Below are positions 1-17,285 of a stretch of DNA of 64,000 bases, piece by piece. Under the pieces are notes generated by a model. That model did no database searches. It was not told where the DNA came from and was given only the letters and a program-made list of their open reading frames with translations. The DNA is taken from assembly GCA_000182565.2 (NCBI GenBank), contig KQ257451.1; one strand, 5' to 3'. The DNA comes from Spizellomyces punctatus DAOM BR117 (Eukaryota). Position numbers and translations under genes: made by a program. The stretch's first letter is position 1, and each line of letters begins with the position of its first letter.

Positions 1-995
1 CCGAAGGAATCTTTTGTTTAAATGCCAACCAGACACTGGTCATGTAGCGTGTCGGTCATTGCAGTTATTGTCAGTATCGCATGAAATCTCAAGATTGAAA
101 ATTCTCGAGTTGCGATCAGCGTGCGATCAAGTTCCTCTGAAGCGTTTTGAAAATACTGCAAAGTCAGGTTAGTTTGAACAACATTGTTGGAACCACTTTA
201 CATGTTGACCGTGCGCCCTCACTTGAAATTATGGGTCATCTGTATTGCCCAGTAGTTTGGTTGAAGATGAGTGTCGGGCGATATGGCCAAATTTTGCCTC
301 AACACAAAGCCAAACAAGTTTCTTTGCTTGGCACTGTGAACCCTGAGATAAAGTTATGTATTAGTCTATGTGCAGGTACATGGATTTGCAGAGTCCCGAT
401 AGTGGGCAGGCCTCTCTGGGGTCAAGGCGGACTGAGTGTTATTCTGCAGTTTGACAGTGGAGGATTCAAGCTCATCAAAGAACGCTGGTGGTAAGTCATA
501 TGGGGATGGTTAGGATCAGTCTACAACAGTGAGCCATTCTCTACATTCAACCATACTCCCAGTCGTCTGGCGCTCAAATGACTGCAGTCAGGTTCCCATG
601 GTCTACTCCGACCGCAGCAGATATATTGCAATAGATAGATACGTAAACAAAAATAAAAGGGTTGAAATTGGAAAACAGTCCTGGAAAACGTTGAGAAATG
701 GTATATAAACAAAAGGAAAAGGGGAAGAGGGTAACATACAAACTGCAGGGAAACACTCGTCAAATTCTAACTATACGGGAAGGGAAAGAGGGATGAAAGG
801 AATGCAAGAACCACTAACAGAACGGGGCCAGCCAAACTAAAGGCATTCCGCCATCAACGTGCAATTTATGAACGTTGACCGTTTGGACATCCTAGCTTAA
901 ATTCTCACGGAAACCGCATTCGCAAAATACAGCCTTGGACGCCGATACCCACGTGTGTTTGCAACAACAGCGACAACGAGAAACTTGAACAATTT

Positions 996-3107
996 TTACT
1001 GTCCAAAGTTGAAGCCGCCTTGTGGCACATTCATCTGGTTCGAGAAGGCAAATGTTCCAGTGCTTTGGTCGACCTCCGGCGCCATACCCGTCTCGTCATC
1101 TTCGTCGCTGAAATACTTGTCAATTATGTTGTACGCTTTCTTGTAGATTTCCGCATTGTCGTGAAGTTGCAACTGGTAAATTTTCTCGACACCAGTAGCT
1201 TCCTCAATATAGACTGCCATCTCGTTGGTGCCGGCATGCTCCATTCTTTCCAGTTCACCGACTTTGAGAATATTTTCCAAACCGTCCAATGCTACTTGAA
1301 TAATCTTGTTGTCTCCGCATGTCAAAAGATCGCAAAGCGGCTTGATGCAACCCTGCTGCACAAGGTACCTGCGAAACAATACACGGTCAGAATACTATTC
1401 AAATCTGTACCACGTGAGAAAAAAAGAGCGTACTTGATCTGTTCCGGTTTCGATAAACCACCGGAAGTAGCGTTCGAAATCGCCCAGCAGGCTTCCTTCT
1501 TTGTCTTGAAGTCACCCCGCTGCAGAATGGCAATCAGAGGAGGGATGATGTTTGCATCGATGATTGACTGTATGGTCGCACAGGTTCAGTATATCAAGGT
1601 AAATTACCGTCACGGCGGCAAGGTGCAATGTACCTGAATTTGGGCAGCATTTCCGGCAGTAATGTTAGAGATTGTCCAGCAAGCTTCTTTCCTAATACCA
1701 TCCTTTGGGCTCGTAAGAAGTCCAAGGAGTGCATGAAGAGCGCCGCAGTTGATAACGACTTGGGTCTGGACATCATCTCCAGTAACGATGTTGCCAACAG
1801 AGCGCAATGCAGGAGTTTGAACGGCGTAGGACGGATGGCTATATCGGGACCCATTAGTTTCCACCTTGTGCAACTCGCAATTCAATGTCCATACCCTAAC
1901 AATTCCACAAGACGCCGGCACACACCGGATTCAATAACGGCCTGGATCTTTTCATTGGCGCCGTCCGAAAGATAGGATATGGCCCAGCAGGCATCCGTGA
2001 GGACTTCCTCGTCATTGGCATGAATCAGCTTTGCCAAAATGGGAAGGGCAGGAGCAATCTGCAAAGCACATAGTCAACGTTCCGTCCCTTTCATCCACTA
2101 AGACCTTCATGCGTACCTGAGACCAGTCCGGTTGAGGATTTTTGCCTCTGCAGAAGTTCGACAAAGTCCAGGTAGCATTGCGCAACATTGACAGCTTGTT
2201 GGTATTTTCGTTCAGGATGTTGAGCAAAGGGCGGAGGGCACCTTCTCTGAGAACAAAGTCGCGACAACGTGGGCTGTCCCCAGCAATATTTCCAAGAGCC
2301 CATACGGCCTAGTTTAATGATAGACACCGTTACAATTACAACAGGCTTCGGTCTTTTAACATGAGTAATAGGTACGTACCTGTTCCCTAACGTCAGGGTT
2401 GGGAGAGCTCAACAGTTCAACAAAAATCGGAACCGCGTTTGCATCCATTACTACTTGCGTCTGGTGAGACGATCCCGATGCAATATTGGTCAATGCCCAG
2501 GCAGCTTCGAACTAGGAAGAAGAGCTTCAGTTGGAATGCAAAAATAGGGAGGGCCTGATAAAGATATATTACCTGCAGCATAGGGTTTGTTGAACGGAGG
2601 AACTCAACAAACTTTGGAATAACACCGCAGGCGATGACTTCTTCAATCGGTGGGTTGCGTTCTACATGCCACTAGTTTGAGTGAAAGGATGTCGGAGCCA
2701 TTCATAGTAAGGGTACGTACCCTTAGATAGTAACTTCCTGAAGCGAGCGGTGGACTGCAATTGTTCTTCCACATTGCCCGAAAAGACACCACGAACTCCT
2801 TGGCCCACAGTCTCCTGTAGCTAGCGATGAACATCAAAGATGATCAAAATTTTCGGCATACAGCGACATTCTATTAGAATAGACTGCTTACTTGGGCGTT
2901 TGTTTCCACGGACATACTTTCATCTTCAGACTCCGATTGGGCGCCGTTGAGCGCGGCAAGGTTCCTACGTTTAGCAAGAGACTCTTCCCTCTTCTGCTTT
3001 CTCAGTTCGACAGCCACATCCTCACGACGACGCCTCAGCTCATCCGACTTTAGAACACCACGGTTCTTGAACTGCTGCATACGGTGCTCTGGAATCTTTG
3101 CGGACAT
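996..3107 (-). CDS. SRP1: Importin subunit alpha (karyopherin alpha), multi-exon
   Basis: IBB domain [30 protein letters not shown] repeats ([58 protein letters not shown]); C-terminus [13 protein letters not shown]...GGFNFGQ*; GT-AG introns. Confidence 0.97.
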
Positions 3108-3593
3108 TCTGATAATTGCTGTTGGAAAACGTGGAGAAATGCGACAAATCTACACTGCAGAATAGGTGTATCCAGAAAGTATCATGGAAATAGGAAATCA
3201 AGTCGTTCGCAAGAGTAGCCAAAGTGGTCGACAAAAGTAAGGCGATGCCGGTGCGATGTGCGATGGCCAAGGAGAAAGAGACCAGAGATGAATGTGTGAA
3301 TCAAGGGACTGCGCGCACTTCCAAAGCACACTCACCTGACTAAACAGTAGGGTTCTTGAGATGGAACGCGAATTAGCCCAACGATTGCGTGTACTGTCTT
3401 TTAGGCGTCGTCAACAAAGATGTTCAACGAGAAGGAAGAAAAAGTCCGTTGTGTGGGAACGACAGCGGCGGTGGGGTTGTCCGGAAGCGATGGCAAGCGT
3501 CTTTTTCGATTTTGCCAATTCGAGACACGAGTGCATGCTGTCAAAATGTGGCTGCAGTGACACTCGAATGCAGTACGGATGGAATGTGCGAGA

Positions 3594-3625
3594 ACGCGTC
3601 GAGTTCGCGAAAGAGCGTTTCGCGA
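3594..3625. promoter_or_regulatory. MCB (ACGCGT) plus inverted pair of SCB-like CGCGAAA sites upstream of PMT1
   Basis: ACGCGT at 3594-3599; TCGCGAAA-gagcg-TTTCGCGA at 3605-3625, about 33 bp before the PMT1 ATG. Function is inferred. Confidence 0.4.
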
Positions 3626-3657
3626 CCTTTGCCTTTTGCCAAGGACCGCCACAAGCA

Positions 3658-6600
3658 ATGGCATTGAACGACGAAGACACGTTGCGCAAGAGGAAGCCAC
3701 AGGCAGGAGAGACCATTTCGTATGAGACATATGTCGCCACCCACCCTAACGTGCGCATATGAGAAAGTCTGTTAACATTCTGTTTTCATATGTACTAATA
3801 GACCTCTTTGTCTTCGAATAGAATTATGTAAATTTGGGAATTGACAGTGCAATTCAGTCCACGGCAAATATGTCAGCGCCGCCTACCTGTGCACCTGCCG
3901 CAGAAGCGTTTGCTCACCGACCAAGAGAAACCCCGTTGCCACAGACGAACTTGTATGTGGTAGTCGCGGTAACCCTCGTGGCCGGGTTGGTTCGCCTCTA
4001 CCGTATATCGAACCCGAGTCAGGTAGCCTTGCAAGGATTCTAGCATCCCCTAATTCCACGGCAGTGGCTTATCTCCTATCTGTACTTCTTGTCGAAAACA
4101 GGTGGTCTTTGACGAGGTGCATTTTGGTAAGCATTAAGTTAGGTCCCTGTATGTTATAGTGTGAGTCCCGAAGCTCATGAGAGAGCTTTCTGCAGGTGGT
4201 TTCGCCAGCAAGTATATCCAAGGAAAATTCTTCATGGATGTGCACCCACCTGTACGTAAATCACAATGAACCGATCTGAATCAACACGATGGTTCTGATT
4301 CTGCGGTTTAGCTGGGCAAGCTGCTCATTGCGGCCAGTGCGGTTCTTGCAGGCTTCGATGGCTCATTCGATTTTAAGGCAAGAGACCGTTGCGGGTGGCC
4401 TTGTTGGCGGAAAAGATTAAACCAGAGGCCTCCCAACAGTCGATCGGATTGGACTACCTTGAACCAAAAGTTCCTTATGTAGCCATGCGGATGCTGCCCG
4501 GAATTCTTGGTGTTTTACTAGTGCCGGTGAGACCAGAAAGCCTAGTACGAGGATTAGGTTGCGCAGAGCATTGACTTTGTAGCCAGGTTGCCTACATGAC
4601 GATGCGAAACCTACGGGTCTCCAATGTGGTGTCAATCATGACGGCAGTACTCCTCATTTTTGAGAATGGGTTGGCTTGCCAATCACGAGCGATCCTTTTG
4701 GTAAGAGCCCGATCGTGTTGGACGGTTTATTCCCCTCAGTTTTGCTTATCGATTCACAGGACTCTATTCTCCTATTCTTTATGGGTCTCGCTTTAATGAC
4801 CTGGACGGATTTCCTCAATCTCCAAAAACAGTGGGTGCTCCTATTCTTGGTCACTATCCTGTCGCTGATGTAGTCACTGATATAATTCAGACCATTCTCT
4901 TTCGCTTGGTGGTTTTCACTAGCTAGCACAGGGCTCACTATGGGCTTGGCGGCCAGGTATGCAACCTCAATTGATTAGTAAAGTGCATCTGGGCTAAGTC
5001 ATCCTCATCTGGCCCATTCATCTAAGTGTGAAGTGGGTTGGTGAGTTTCCCTTACGATCGGCGAGATACCTGAAACACCCGCTCCTTTTGTTTACGTGGA
5101 GGACTTCACTCATAGGCCTTTTTGTCATTGCAACCATCGGGTTTTCCACCATCGCGAACTTATGGGCGCTTTTAGGAGACCTGCGGGTCACACCGGTGCG
5201 CGGGAAACCTTAAGCTTTGCGGAGATGCGCAGTACGCGCTAACTCGGCTTCATCCTTAGGGACAATATGCGAAGCATTTCTTCGCCCGCGTGCTTTGTCT
5301 CATTATTGTGCCTATCGCCGTGTACATGACCGTATTTGGAATTCACTTCCTGGTGCTCACAAATACAGGCTCGGGTACCGCCTTCATGTCACCAGAGTTT
5401 CAGTCTACTCTGCGCGGCAGTGAGATCAAGGATACCTTTGCAGAGGTCGGATTCGGAGCGGATATTCTCATCCGCCATGAAAACACCAAAGGCGGGTATC
5501 TCCATTCTCACAAGCATTACTACCGTACGGGGTCGAAGCAGCAGCAGGTCACGTTATATTCATTTGCTGGTAAGAAATGCTTGAAATGGATTACAAGTCC
5601 AGAATTCCATTTGCAAACTCGCACTTCACTTTCTTCGGTAGATGACAACAGCCTGTTCCAAATTTTGCCGTAAGTTAGCGTAGGAATGCTCAGTTCCATA
5701 AACTACTATGACTGAAAGCGGAGTTCAGCGCGCTAGTGTACGAAAATGGCACCGCGCGATCCCCAGCAGTCACACAATTCCAGCCCATCAAGCATGGTGA
5801 CATTGTTAGACTCGGTGCGATGCTGCCTGTCCTCTGTCAGTACAATGGCTTGGCACTAATTTGACGAGTGATATGCAGAACATGTGGCCAGCAACATGCG
5901 TCTACACAGTCATGAACATCGGTAAGTGCAGTCCTTGTCAGTTGGATCCTATGGTTCCCCGTCCCAAGACCCTCTGTAGTGCACCTGTTACGGATAATGA
6001 AGATCACTATGAAGTTTCGGCGTATGGTGCGCCTGGGTTTTTAGGTGACTCCAAGTGAGTTTCCAAATTTTGGAGAGTGCGAATTCATGGTCCATTGACC
6101 CAAGATTGTGCGACAGCGATCACTGGCGTGTGGAGCTTGTAGACTATGATGACAGCCATCCGCATCTGCTTGCAATCGAATCAAGATTCCGCCTCGTACA
6201 TGTAAATCTTCATTGTACCTTGTTTTCGCGCGCTGTAAAGCTACCTGAGTGGGGTGAGTAAAATATTGCCTCATTTGATATCATACGATGAGATATTGAC
6301 CTTGAAACAGGCTTTGGTCAGCAGGAGGTTACCTGCGCGAATCACAAGGGCCGGAAAGATTTGACATAGTATGTTGTACTCAGCGTACGAGCTCGCTTCA
6401 GCATACTAATATGATCCTATATCAGCTGGCGAATTGATCTAAATCAGAATCTTCTCCGTAAGTTCCTACATCAACCTGGATCGTTGAGATCCGTCACCAA
6501 TGTTTTGATTGGCAATGATTTTACAGAGAATCCATTTAGTCGTCGAGCTTACTACAAGAAGCCCTCGTTTTTGTCAAAGTTTATAGAGGTTCGACTCGAG

Positions 6601-7431
6601 TCGGTCAATATGGCTGCATACTAAGACTGACCAATTGGCGCCCACTAGTCTCATAAAGTCATGTGGAAAATCAATGACGGATTGAATGGATACCATCCGT
6701 TCCAGTCACGGCCTGATTCTTGGCCTGTTCTTGGACGTGGAATCAGCTTTTGGAGTGCTAAAGAGGGTACAGGACAAATGTATCTTGTCGGAAACCCGTT
6801 CATCTGGTTTTCCGCCTTGGTCTCTCTTGGGCTGTACGTAACGATTGAATCCGTTGCTGCAATTCTCCAAAAGCGAGGACACCAAAGGACCGCCGGTAGC
6901 GTTGACTGTTGTTTTTTTTGTGATAACAATGAACATGTGGCTCATCTTCCGCCACTAGAATCTGTTGCCAAGACTGCTGGAGGCGGTGGACCTCTTCTTT
7001 TCTTGGGATGGGCTCTGCATTATTTCCCTTTCTTCCTTATGGGACGACAAGTAAGATCAAAACTTAGTATCCGCATTCTATATATTATCTGAACATGTTT
7101 GGTCAGCTGTTCCTTCATCACTACTTTCCTTCGTTCTATTTCTCAGTACTACTCTTGGGGTCATTGTTCGAAGGGGCAACTCGACGCTTCAATCACTTGT
7201 TTCGATCGTTTGCGGTACTCTGCATATGCACGGTTGCCATCTACGTCTACATCAACTACAGCCCGTTGACATACGGCATACCGATGTCTAAGGAGCACTG
7301 CAAGCGGCTAAAATGGCGACAGAGTTGGGACTGGGATTGCAAAAAACAATTAGGTATGTCGATTATTTTGAACCGTGACGGGAATTCATTTATCTATCTC
7401 TAATTGTGCCAAAGATGATCCGATAGAATAG
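3658..7431 (+). CDS. PMT1: Dolichyl-phosphate-mannose--protein O-mannosyltransferase, PMT1/2 subfamily, about 24 exons
   Basis: Spliced motifs VVFDEVHFGGFA, FFMDVHPPLGK, DYLEPKVPYVAMR, SVKWVGLF, MIR domains (YLHSH, SKQQQVTLY, LPEWGFGQQEVTC), HYFPFFLMGRQLFLHHYFP. Confidence 0.93.
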
Positions 7432-7755
7432 ATAAAGAGACATTGCAGCTCCCCATTGTCGGGAGACGAGAACCACCCTCTGCTCTAATATGCTCCACTG
7501 TATTAAAAAGTTGTCAAATACACAAACATCAGATCGTGCGCCGATCCACGTCCCCGGAGCTCATACCTTGAACATTGGCAGGATCGTCGAGTGCGACAGA
7601 TCCATATGGTTGAGCCTGGATCTTCAAAACGGCAAAATACCGTGCAGTGCAAACGATCAAGGAGCCCACGCACGGCAATAGAAACAGACGATCAAACACA
7701 CTGATCCCTCTGCTGCTCTGGGGGTTTTGTCTGACGTTCACCGTATTCGGGTCCT

Positions 7756-8193
7756 TCACATCAAGATGCGGTATATTCCTAATCCCGCAAATACTTGGGC
7801 AGCAAGGGCAATGGCGTGAGAAGGCAGAGGAAAGGATACCTGTCTATTATACCTCCAAAGGGTAGATCTCACCTGCTCCCATCCCACCTAACAATGCACG
7901 ATGTCTCCTTGCACGTCGTATGGCCTCTCTGGTAGCTGATTCGGAGGGCGGCACGATAATCTTGCTTCGTTCATAAAGAACATAAGCGGAGACGCCTACT
8001 GCCGTGGCTGTCCCAGTCAAACGGCACGCAAGGCAATCTTGCGGTGTATCTAAAGCAGTCTAAAACAAAGGTGAATGGTCGACTTTTGTAGTGCCATTCC
8101 AGCAGTCATGATATTCGTCTACACTACAGCCCCAGCGCTTTATAGCAGCGCCCCTCCCTTCTGTGAAATGCAACTCACCTCTTTTTGTGGCAT
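7756..8193 (-). CDS. Small DUF4536/DMAC1-like membrane protein, 3 exons (absent from the ORF track as a whole)
   Basis: Spliced MPQKE|TALDTPQDCLACRLTGTATAVGVSAYVLYER...RALLGGMGA|VFAGLGIYRILM*. DCxxCR plus two TM helices is typical of this family; intron phases are consistent. Confidence 0.75.
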
Positions 8194-8302
8194 CGACACA
8201 AGTTTTGGGTTGTCTTCTGCCAAGTGCAAAGACGCGTCCAGCACCGGAAAGCTGACTGGGCTTTGTATTTAATACAACGGAAACAATGCAAACCGACAGC
8301 AA

Positions 8303-11300
8303 ATGATGCCAGACACCCGCAGAGATCACTGGACAGGCGAGACAGACCGACGACTGCCTGCGTAAGGGTGTTTGTTTACATTGATGTCATAGACATTTTG
8401 TGCAGAATCGCTAAGTTGACTCTACTCCTGATGTCGCCAATGCAGTTCCCACCCACTATCACTCTCGACAGGTTCTGTGCACTCGGCGGCGTCGTCGACC
8501 CCTGCTTCGGACGATGCTTTTATAAGGCAGGGTAGTTCAGGAGCCTCGCGCAGATCTTCAGTCAACACCCAGACAGCAAACCGAGAATACGAGAATGGTT
8601 CAGCGGAGGCATTTGAGGAAGGGGAGGAGAATCGAGTTATATATGAGGATTTTACGACTATCGGTGGGAGAAGAAGCAGTTATCTTTTGCGTAAATGCAT
8701 CCTGACGAGCCACCTGACCTTGTAGACTGGATGAAGGATCTCATGCGGGACCACCGACGACAGAACAGAGTGCGAGCTCGCCATCGACCTGGTTGGGACT
8801 GGTATCTGTACACATTATTTGATGCTACACAGTCCTGGATATTAGTCTCTATAATAGGTGGAGATCATGGTCGTTGAGCGCCCAGATTCTTTTGCAGACA
8901 GAGCGCTCATTTGTGTGCATACATCAGGCATATCGATTGGTTTACTAGCTGGTTGGATTGACGTGATTGCAGCTTGGCTTGGGGATATTAGGTTTGGATT
9001 TTGCAGGTTGGAATGGCACGTCAGTAAAAGCATTTGCTGCACAGGACAGTTTGATAAAGGTAGGAGCCGGTAAGCAATTCACTATCGAACATGTTGTTGG
9101 ATTCTGATCCTCCTGTTAGATGGTTCATGCGATGACTGGTGGGACTGGAGTTACGTTGTCTTTGGATGGCGAAACCTTGCCTTCGTCAATTGGTTCTTTT
9201 ACGTGGGACTTTCGGTTAGTCTAGCCCAGGCATATATTTTTTTCAACCCGATCTCAATCATTGCGGCCCCCTTTGGTTGCCAGGTTGCCTTTGCCACAGC
9301 TTGCGCTTTTGTGGTTATTCATTTGGCCCCTTACGCTGCGGGATCTGGGTCTGCTGAAGTCAAGACGATCCTTGGCGGATTTATCATAAAGGGGTTTCTG
9401 GGAATTAGAACTTTGATCGTCAAGGCAGCAGGACTGGTAAGTGGTGCGCATGGCGATGGGAAAGTGACAATTGCCGACATTTCTAAATGGGATCTCAGCC
9501 ATTGATGGTAGCGTCAGGGCTAGCGGTCGGAAAAGAAGGGCCAATGATTCATGTCGCTTGCTGTGTGGCCAATGTGTTCCCGAGAATGTTTCCAAAGTAT
9601 TGGCAAAATGAAGGTATGTGCTTTCCAGCCATGATGGTGCGTCTTCAATGCTAACAAACCCTTTGGAAAATACCGCGAAGCCAGGAAGCGGGAGATTTTG
9701 TCAGGTAAGGAGAACATGGCAACTTGAGCAATTCCCTGTAAAACAGATACTGTATGCTAATGGTATCCGGCATACAGCGGCGTCGGGAGCCGGGATCGCC
9801 GTTGCTTTTGGTGGTAAGACTTTTCAATGAATCCCTGAGTCGTAAGCATGATGGAGTGCTCATGTATCCTCAAGCACCGATTGGCGGCGTCCTATTCTCA
9901 TTGGAGGTGATACTCTCTCATCTAAGACCACAATTCTTAACTAAATTATAACTGATCGTTATCATTAACTAAGGAATTGAGCTCGTTTTTCCCGGCGAAA
10001 ACCATGGTCCGTAGCTTTTTTTGCGCCCTAGTCGCTACTGTCACTTTGCAGGTGCCTATTCCCGTCATTTTCCAGTTATATTTGATTGAATCCGAGTCTG
10101 ACCGTGGTCTAGCTCGTGGACCCCTATCGCGGAAAACGCGTCTTGTACCAAGTCACGTATTCACGTCGATGGCACTTTTTCGAGATGATCTTTTTTATTC
10201 TTCTTGGGGTTTTCGGGGTACGTCATATGTCTTATAGACGATCGATGGGGAGAAAGCTCATACTGGGATATCATCAGGGCCTGTTAGGAGTCTTGCTGAT
10301 TCGCGCGATTCGGCGAATGCAAGCTTTTCGGAAAAGTTCATGGTTAAAGCAAAATCCTCTCAGAGAAGTGGCGTCGATCGCGGCAGTGACTGCGGTGTTA
10401 TGTTACTTCAACATATATACTAGGTAGGTTATGTCGCGTTTTTACGAACGGCAATACTCTCCCCGGCGGTTTATAACGGGTTCTTCTGAGTTAGAGTTGA
10501 TAGTTCCGATCTTCTCGAAGGACTATTCCGTGAATGCGAAGAAGCTGACTTCCATGGGCTGTGCGAGTAAGAACTTCGTGATGACCAGCATAGTTGGTCG
10601 GAGGCTAAATCGCGCCTGTAGTCGAGCAGGACGAGGGAGAGTGGTCGCTCTTCTCATCACTGCATTGCTGATGAGGACAGTCTTGACGATTGTCACTTTT
10701 GGCGTCAAGGTAGTGTTGATAGATTTAATATGTGCGACAACCGTTTTGTTGACTTCCGTTCTTCAAGGTGCCCGCCGGAATCTTGTGAGTGAATTTCCTT
10801 CCGCTCCTTTAATGTCGAACGCACTTGCTCTGACATGCTTGTGCTAGCATTCCATCGATGATTTGCGGCGCTTTGTTCGGCCGCATCCTGGGGATCATTG
10901 TTCAGTCTTGGCAGAAGTAAGTTTTACCGGTGTCGTCATTTTGCTAATTTAGCGCGGCACTTAGAAAAAATCCTTTTAAGGGCCAACCCTAGCAATCCAT
11001 TGTTCTATTCGTGTGAGCCAGATGTGGCGTGTGTCACTCCCGGGGTGTATGCGCTTTTAGGAGCTATCGGGGCTCTCGGAGGAGTGACAAGGATGACTAG
11101 TATGTGCCCCCATTTAGTTCTCGAGATCAAACATGGCGCATTCTGACATCTCGCCACCTCCGTCGACCAACGAAGTCTCGTTGACAGTTGTCATGTTTGA
11201 ATTAACGGGAACCTTAAATTACATCGTCCCCTGCATGGTCACGCTTATGACAGCAAAGGTTGTGGGAGACTTGTTTGGAAAAGGTGGAATAGCCGAAATG

Positions 11301-12437
11301 CAGATTCGCATGAACAAGTATCCTTTCCTAGATCCCCGTCAAGATCAAGTCATTGGGCTTACGGCATCCGAAGTTATGACGCCTGCCGAGGAGCTGGTCT
11401 GTTTCGTGGGCAAGGGGTTGAAAGTAGAAGACGTAGGTGAGTGCTCGAGCATGGTCATGACCAAGATCTGCTCTTAGGACAAATCCAATGCAAATCTCTT
11501 CCGCAGAACGGGCGCTAGAGCAAGTGAAATATAAAGGGTTTCCAATTGTGCACAGTGTCGACGATCCCACGTTGGTTGGCTACCTATCTCGGGAAGATCT
11601 GAAATACGCATTAGGTATTACATGTCCCTATGTCGAATTTTTACGGAAATCCTACGGTAACACTCGATGACCCTCGTAGATAAGGCCAAGTCTCAACATA
11701 CCATTAGTCCCAAAGCGCCGGTCTTCTTCGACGATACAGACAGCCTCGCATCCCGCCCTCCATGGCAACGTGCTCATTCTGGCTTTACCGTCGCTGAGAG
11801 CATTGTATCGCCCGTATTAGTGCGAGGAAGCTCTACAAGATCGCTTGATGGACAAGATGGAGATCGATGGCTACATTTGACAGGTTATATCGACCGGGTA
11901 TGCTATGCTATGATTGCTGGCTACATTTTGCATATTTGTTGTGAGTGCAGAATCTAACTCCAGAAACAAAATATAGACTCCCTTGCAAGTGCATCCGAAG
12001 GTGTCAGTGGAGTTGGTCATGGTATGGGGAGTCTGTTAGACCCGCCCTTGCTTTGTAACACTGATGTTGGTTGTCCCTAGGATTTATTCAAGAAACTGGG
12101 GCTGCGGTACATCCTGGTAGTGCACATGGGCCGCCTCAAAGGGATTATAACCAAGAAAGACATCTTGATAGCAATGTATGGGGAGGATGAGAACGGAGGA
12201 GATTCCACTGCATCGATACCCATAGCAGATAGAGATGATTCTGGGCGATCAACACCGACAAGGCGCGGCGGGACCGCGGGGCAGTTTACAAGAGCACGCC
12301 GACTACGACGCGCAAGTGGGGGACCTTTCGGCAGTCAAGAATGGGCAGGAGGCGGAGCATCTGGAGAAACTCTGCCTCTGGTGGGAGTCGGGTCAGGAAC
12401 AGATCGTGGAGATCCGGGGCAGGATATCATTGAATGA
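8303..12437 (+). CDS. ClC chloride channel / Cl-/H+ antiporter (Gef1/ClC-3-like) with CBS domains, many exons
   Basis: [75 protein letters not shown] region ([18 protein letters not shown]). Start exon MMPDTRRDH... splices in phase. Confidence 0.93.
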
Positions 12438-12598
12438 TTCGAAAGTCTGTAATAATTGTATGATATATGCACAAAGGAAGAGGGCCACAGCTGCTACTTA
12501 TACATATTGGACTCCACGTCTCTATGACTTTTGTCTGAGCCAAAACAATGAGCAATTGTCAGCTTTGCGAGCCAACTGAACTGCCGTGAAGTTCCAAC

Positions 12599-15571
<2,973 letters not shown>

Positions 15572-16126
15572 GGCGGCGTGCCGCAAAGTTTTTCATAACC
15601 TTTTGTCGCAAAGTTGAAGGTCCCGGTGTTCTGATAGGCCCAGCAATGGAACCTGGTAGTTACTACCGATACGATTAAAAATATAGGAATGTTTTGTGGT
15701 TGTTTGCAGAGGAATCGCCGCTTTCGTCCCCTCAAATATTCAACGCTCACACACAATCGAGAAAATAGTGACTATATAGGCGTCACAACTGAACTCCAAC
15801 GAAACCGAAACTGAGAGTGCTAGCGAGCACCGTACAAGGGCAGCCGGTCCGTTGCAAAGAATTTAAAAATGGGCAAAATGGGGGAAGGTGATGAGGGCTC
15901 GTTGGACTCGACTGTCGAACTTCCGGTCATTGTGTGCGTACCCTTTGTGTTACTTGCATCACGTGCTTAGCTTATGTAAGTGATGAAGGTGATCGTTCGT
16001 TCTTCTCGTCGTCGTTTTCCTACCCAGTGCAGGAGAGCATTAACGACTTTGTGACTGTGGCCTTGTATTCTACTATACTGTACATATGAAATTGCGCTGG
16101 CTGTTTCCTCTATAGTGAAGTCCATC

Positions 16127-17017
<891 letters not shown>

Positions 17018-17285
17018 TATACTGTAACCTTGTTAAACAGCGGCGACAGTTTGCTTGACAAAAATAAATTGGTCACAAAGATATTTGGAGATGAGGACCG
17101 GCAGTGCAAAAGACATCGAACTAGTGACCCAACTGGCCCTCAACGGGCCAGCTTATCTGATTAATACTCGGGCCATACATCAGCAATAAAAACAAGATTC
17201 TTTTGTGTATACATCTACAAAAGCCAGGTCATGCCGTTACATAAATGGTTGCTATCTCAGTACAAATATATCTACATTATTGATG

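Noticed and set aside
147-763. ORFs at the window start (115, 80 and 60 aa)
   Set aside because: Non-ATG starts and no motifs; I could not build a consistent gene model.
7831-7839. GTATCCTTT (U12-like donor) on the minus strand inside the DMAC1-like intron
   Set aside because: The protein reads correctly with the upstream GTGAGA donor, and no U12 branch site is evident.
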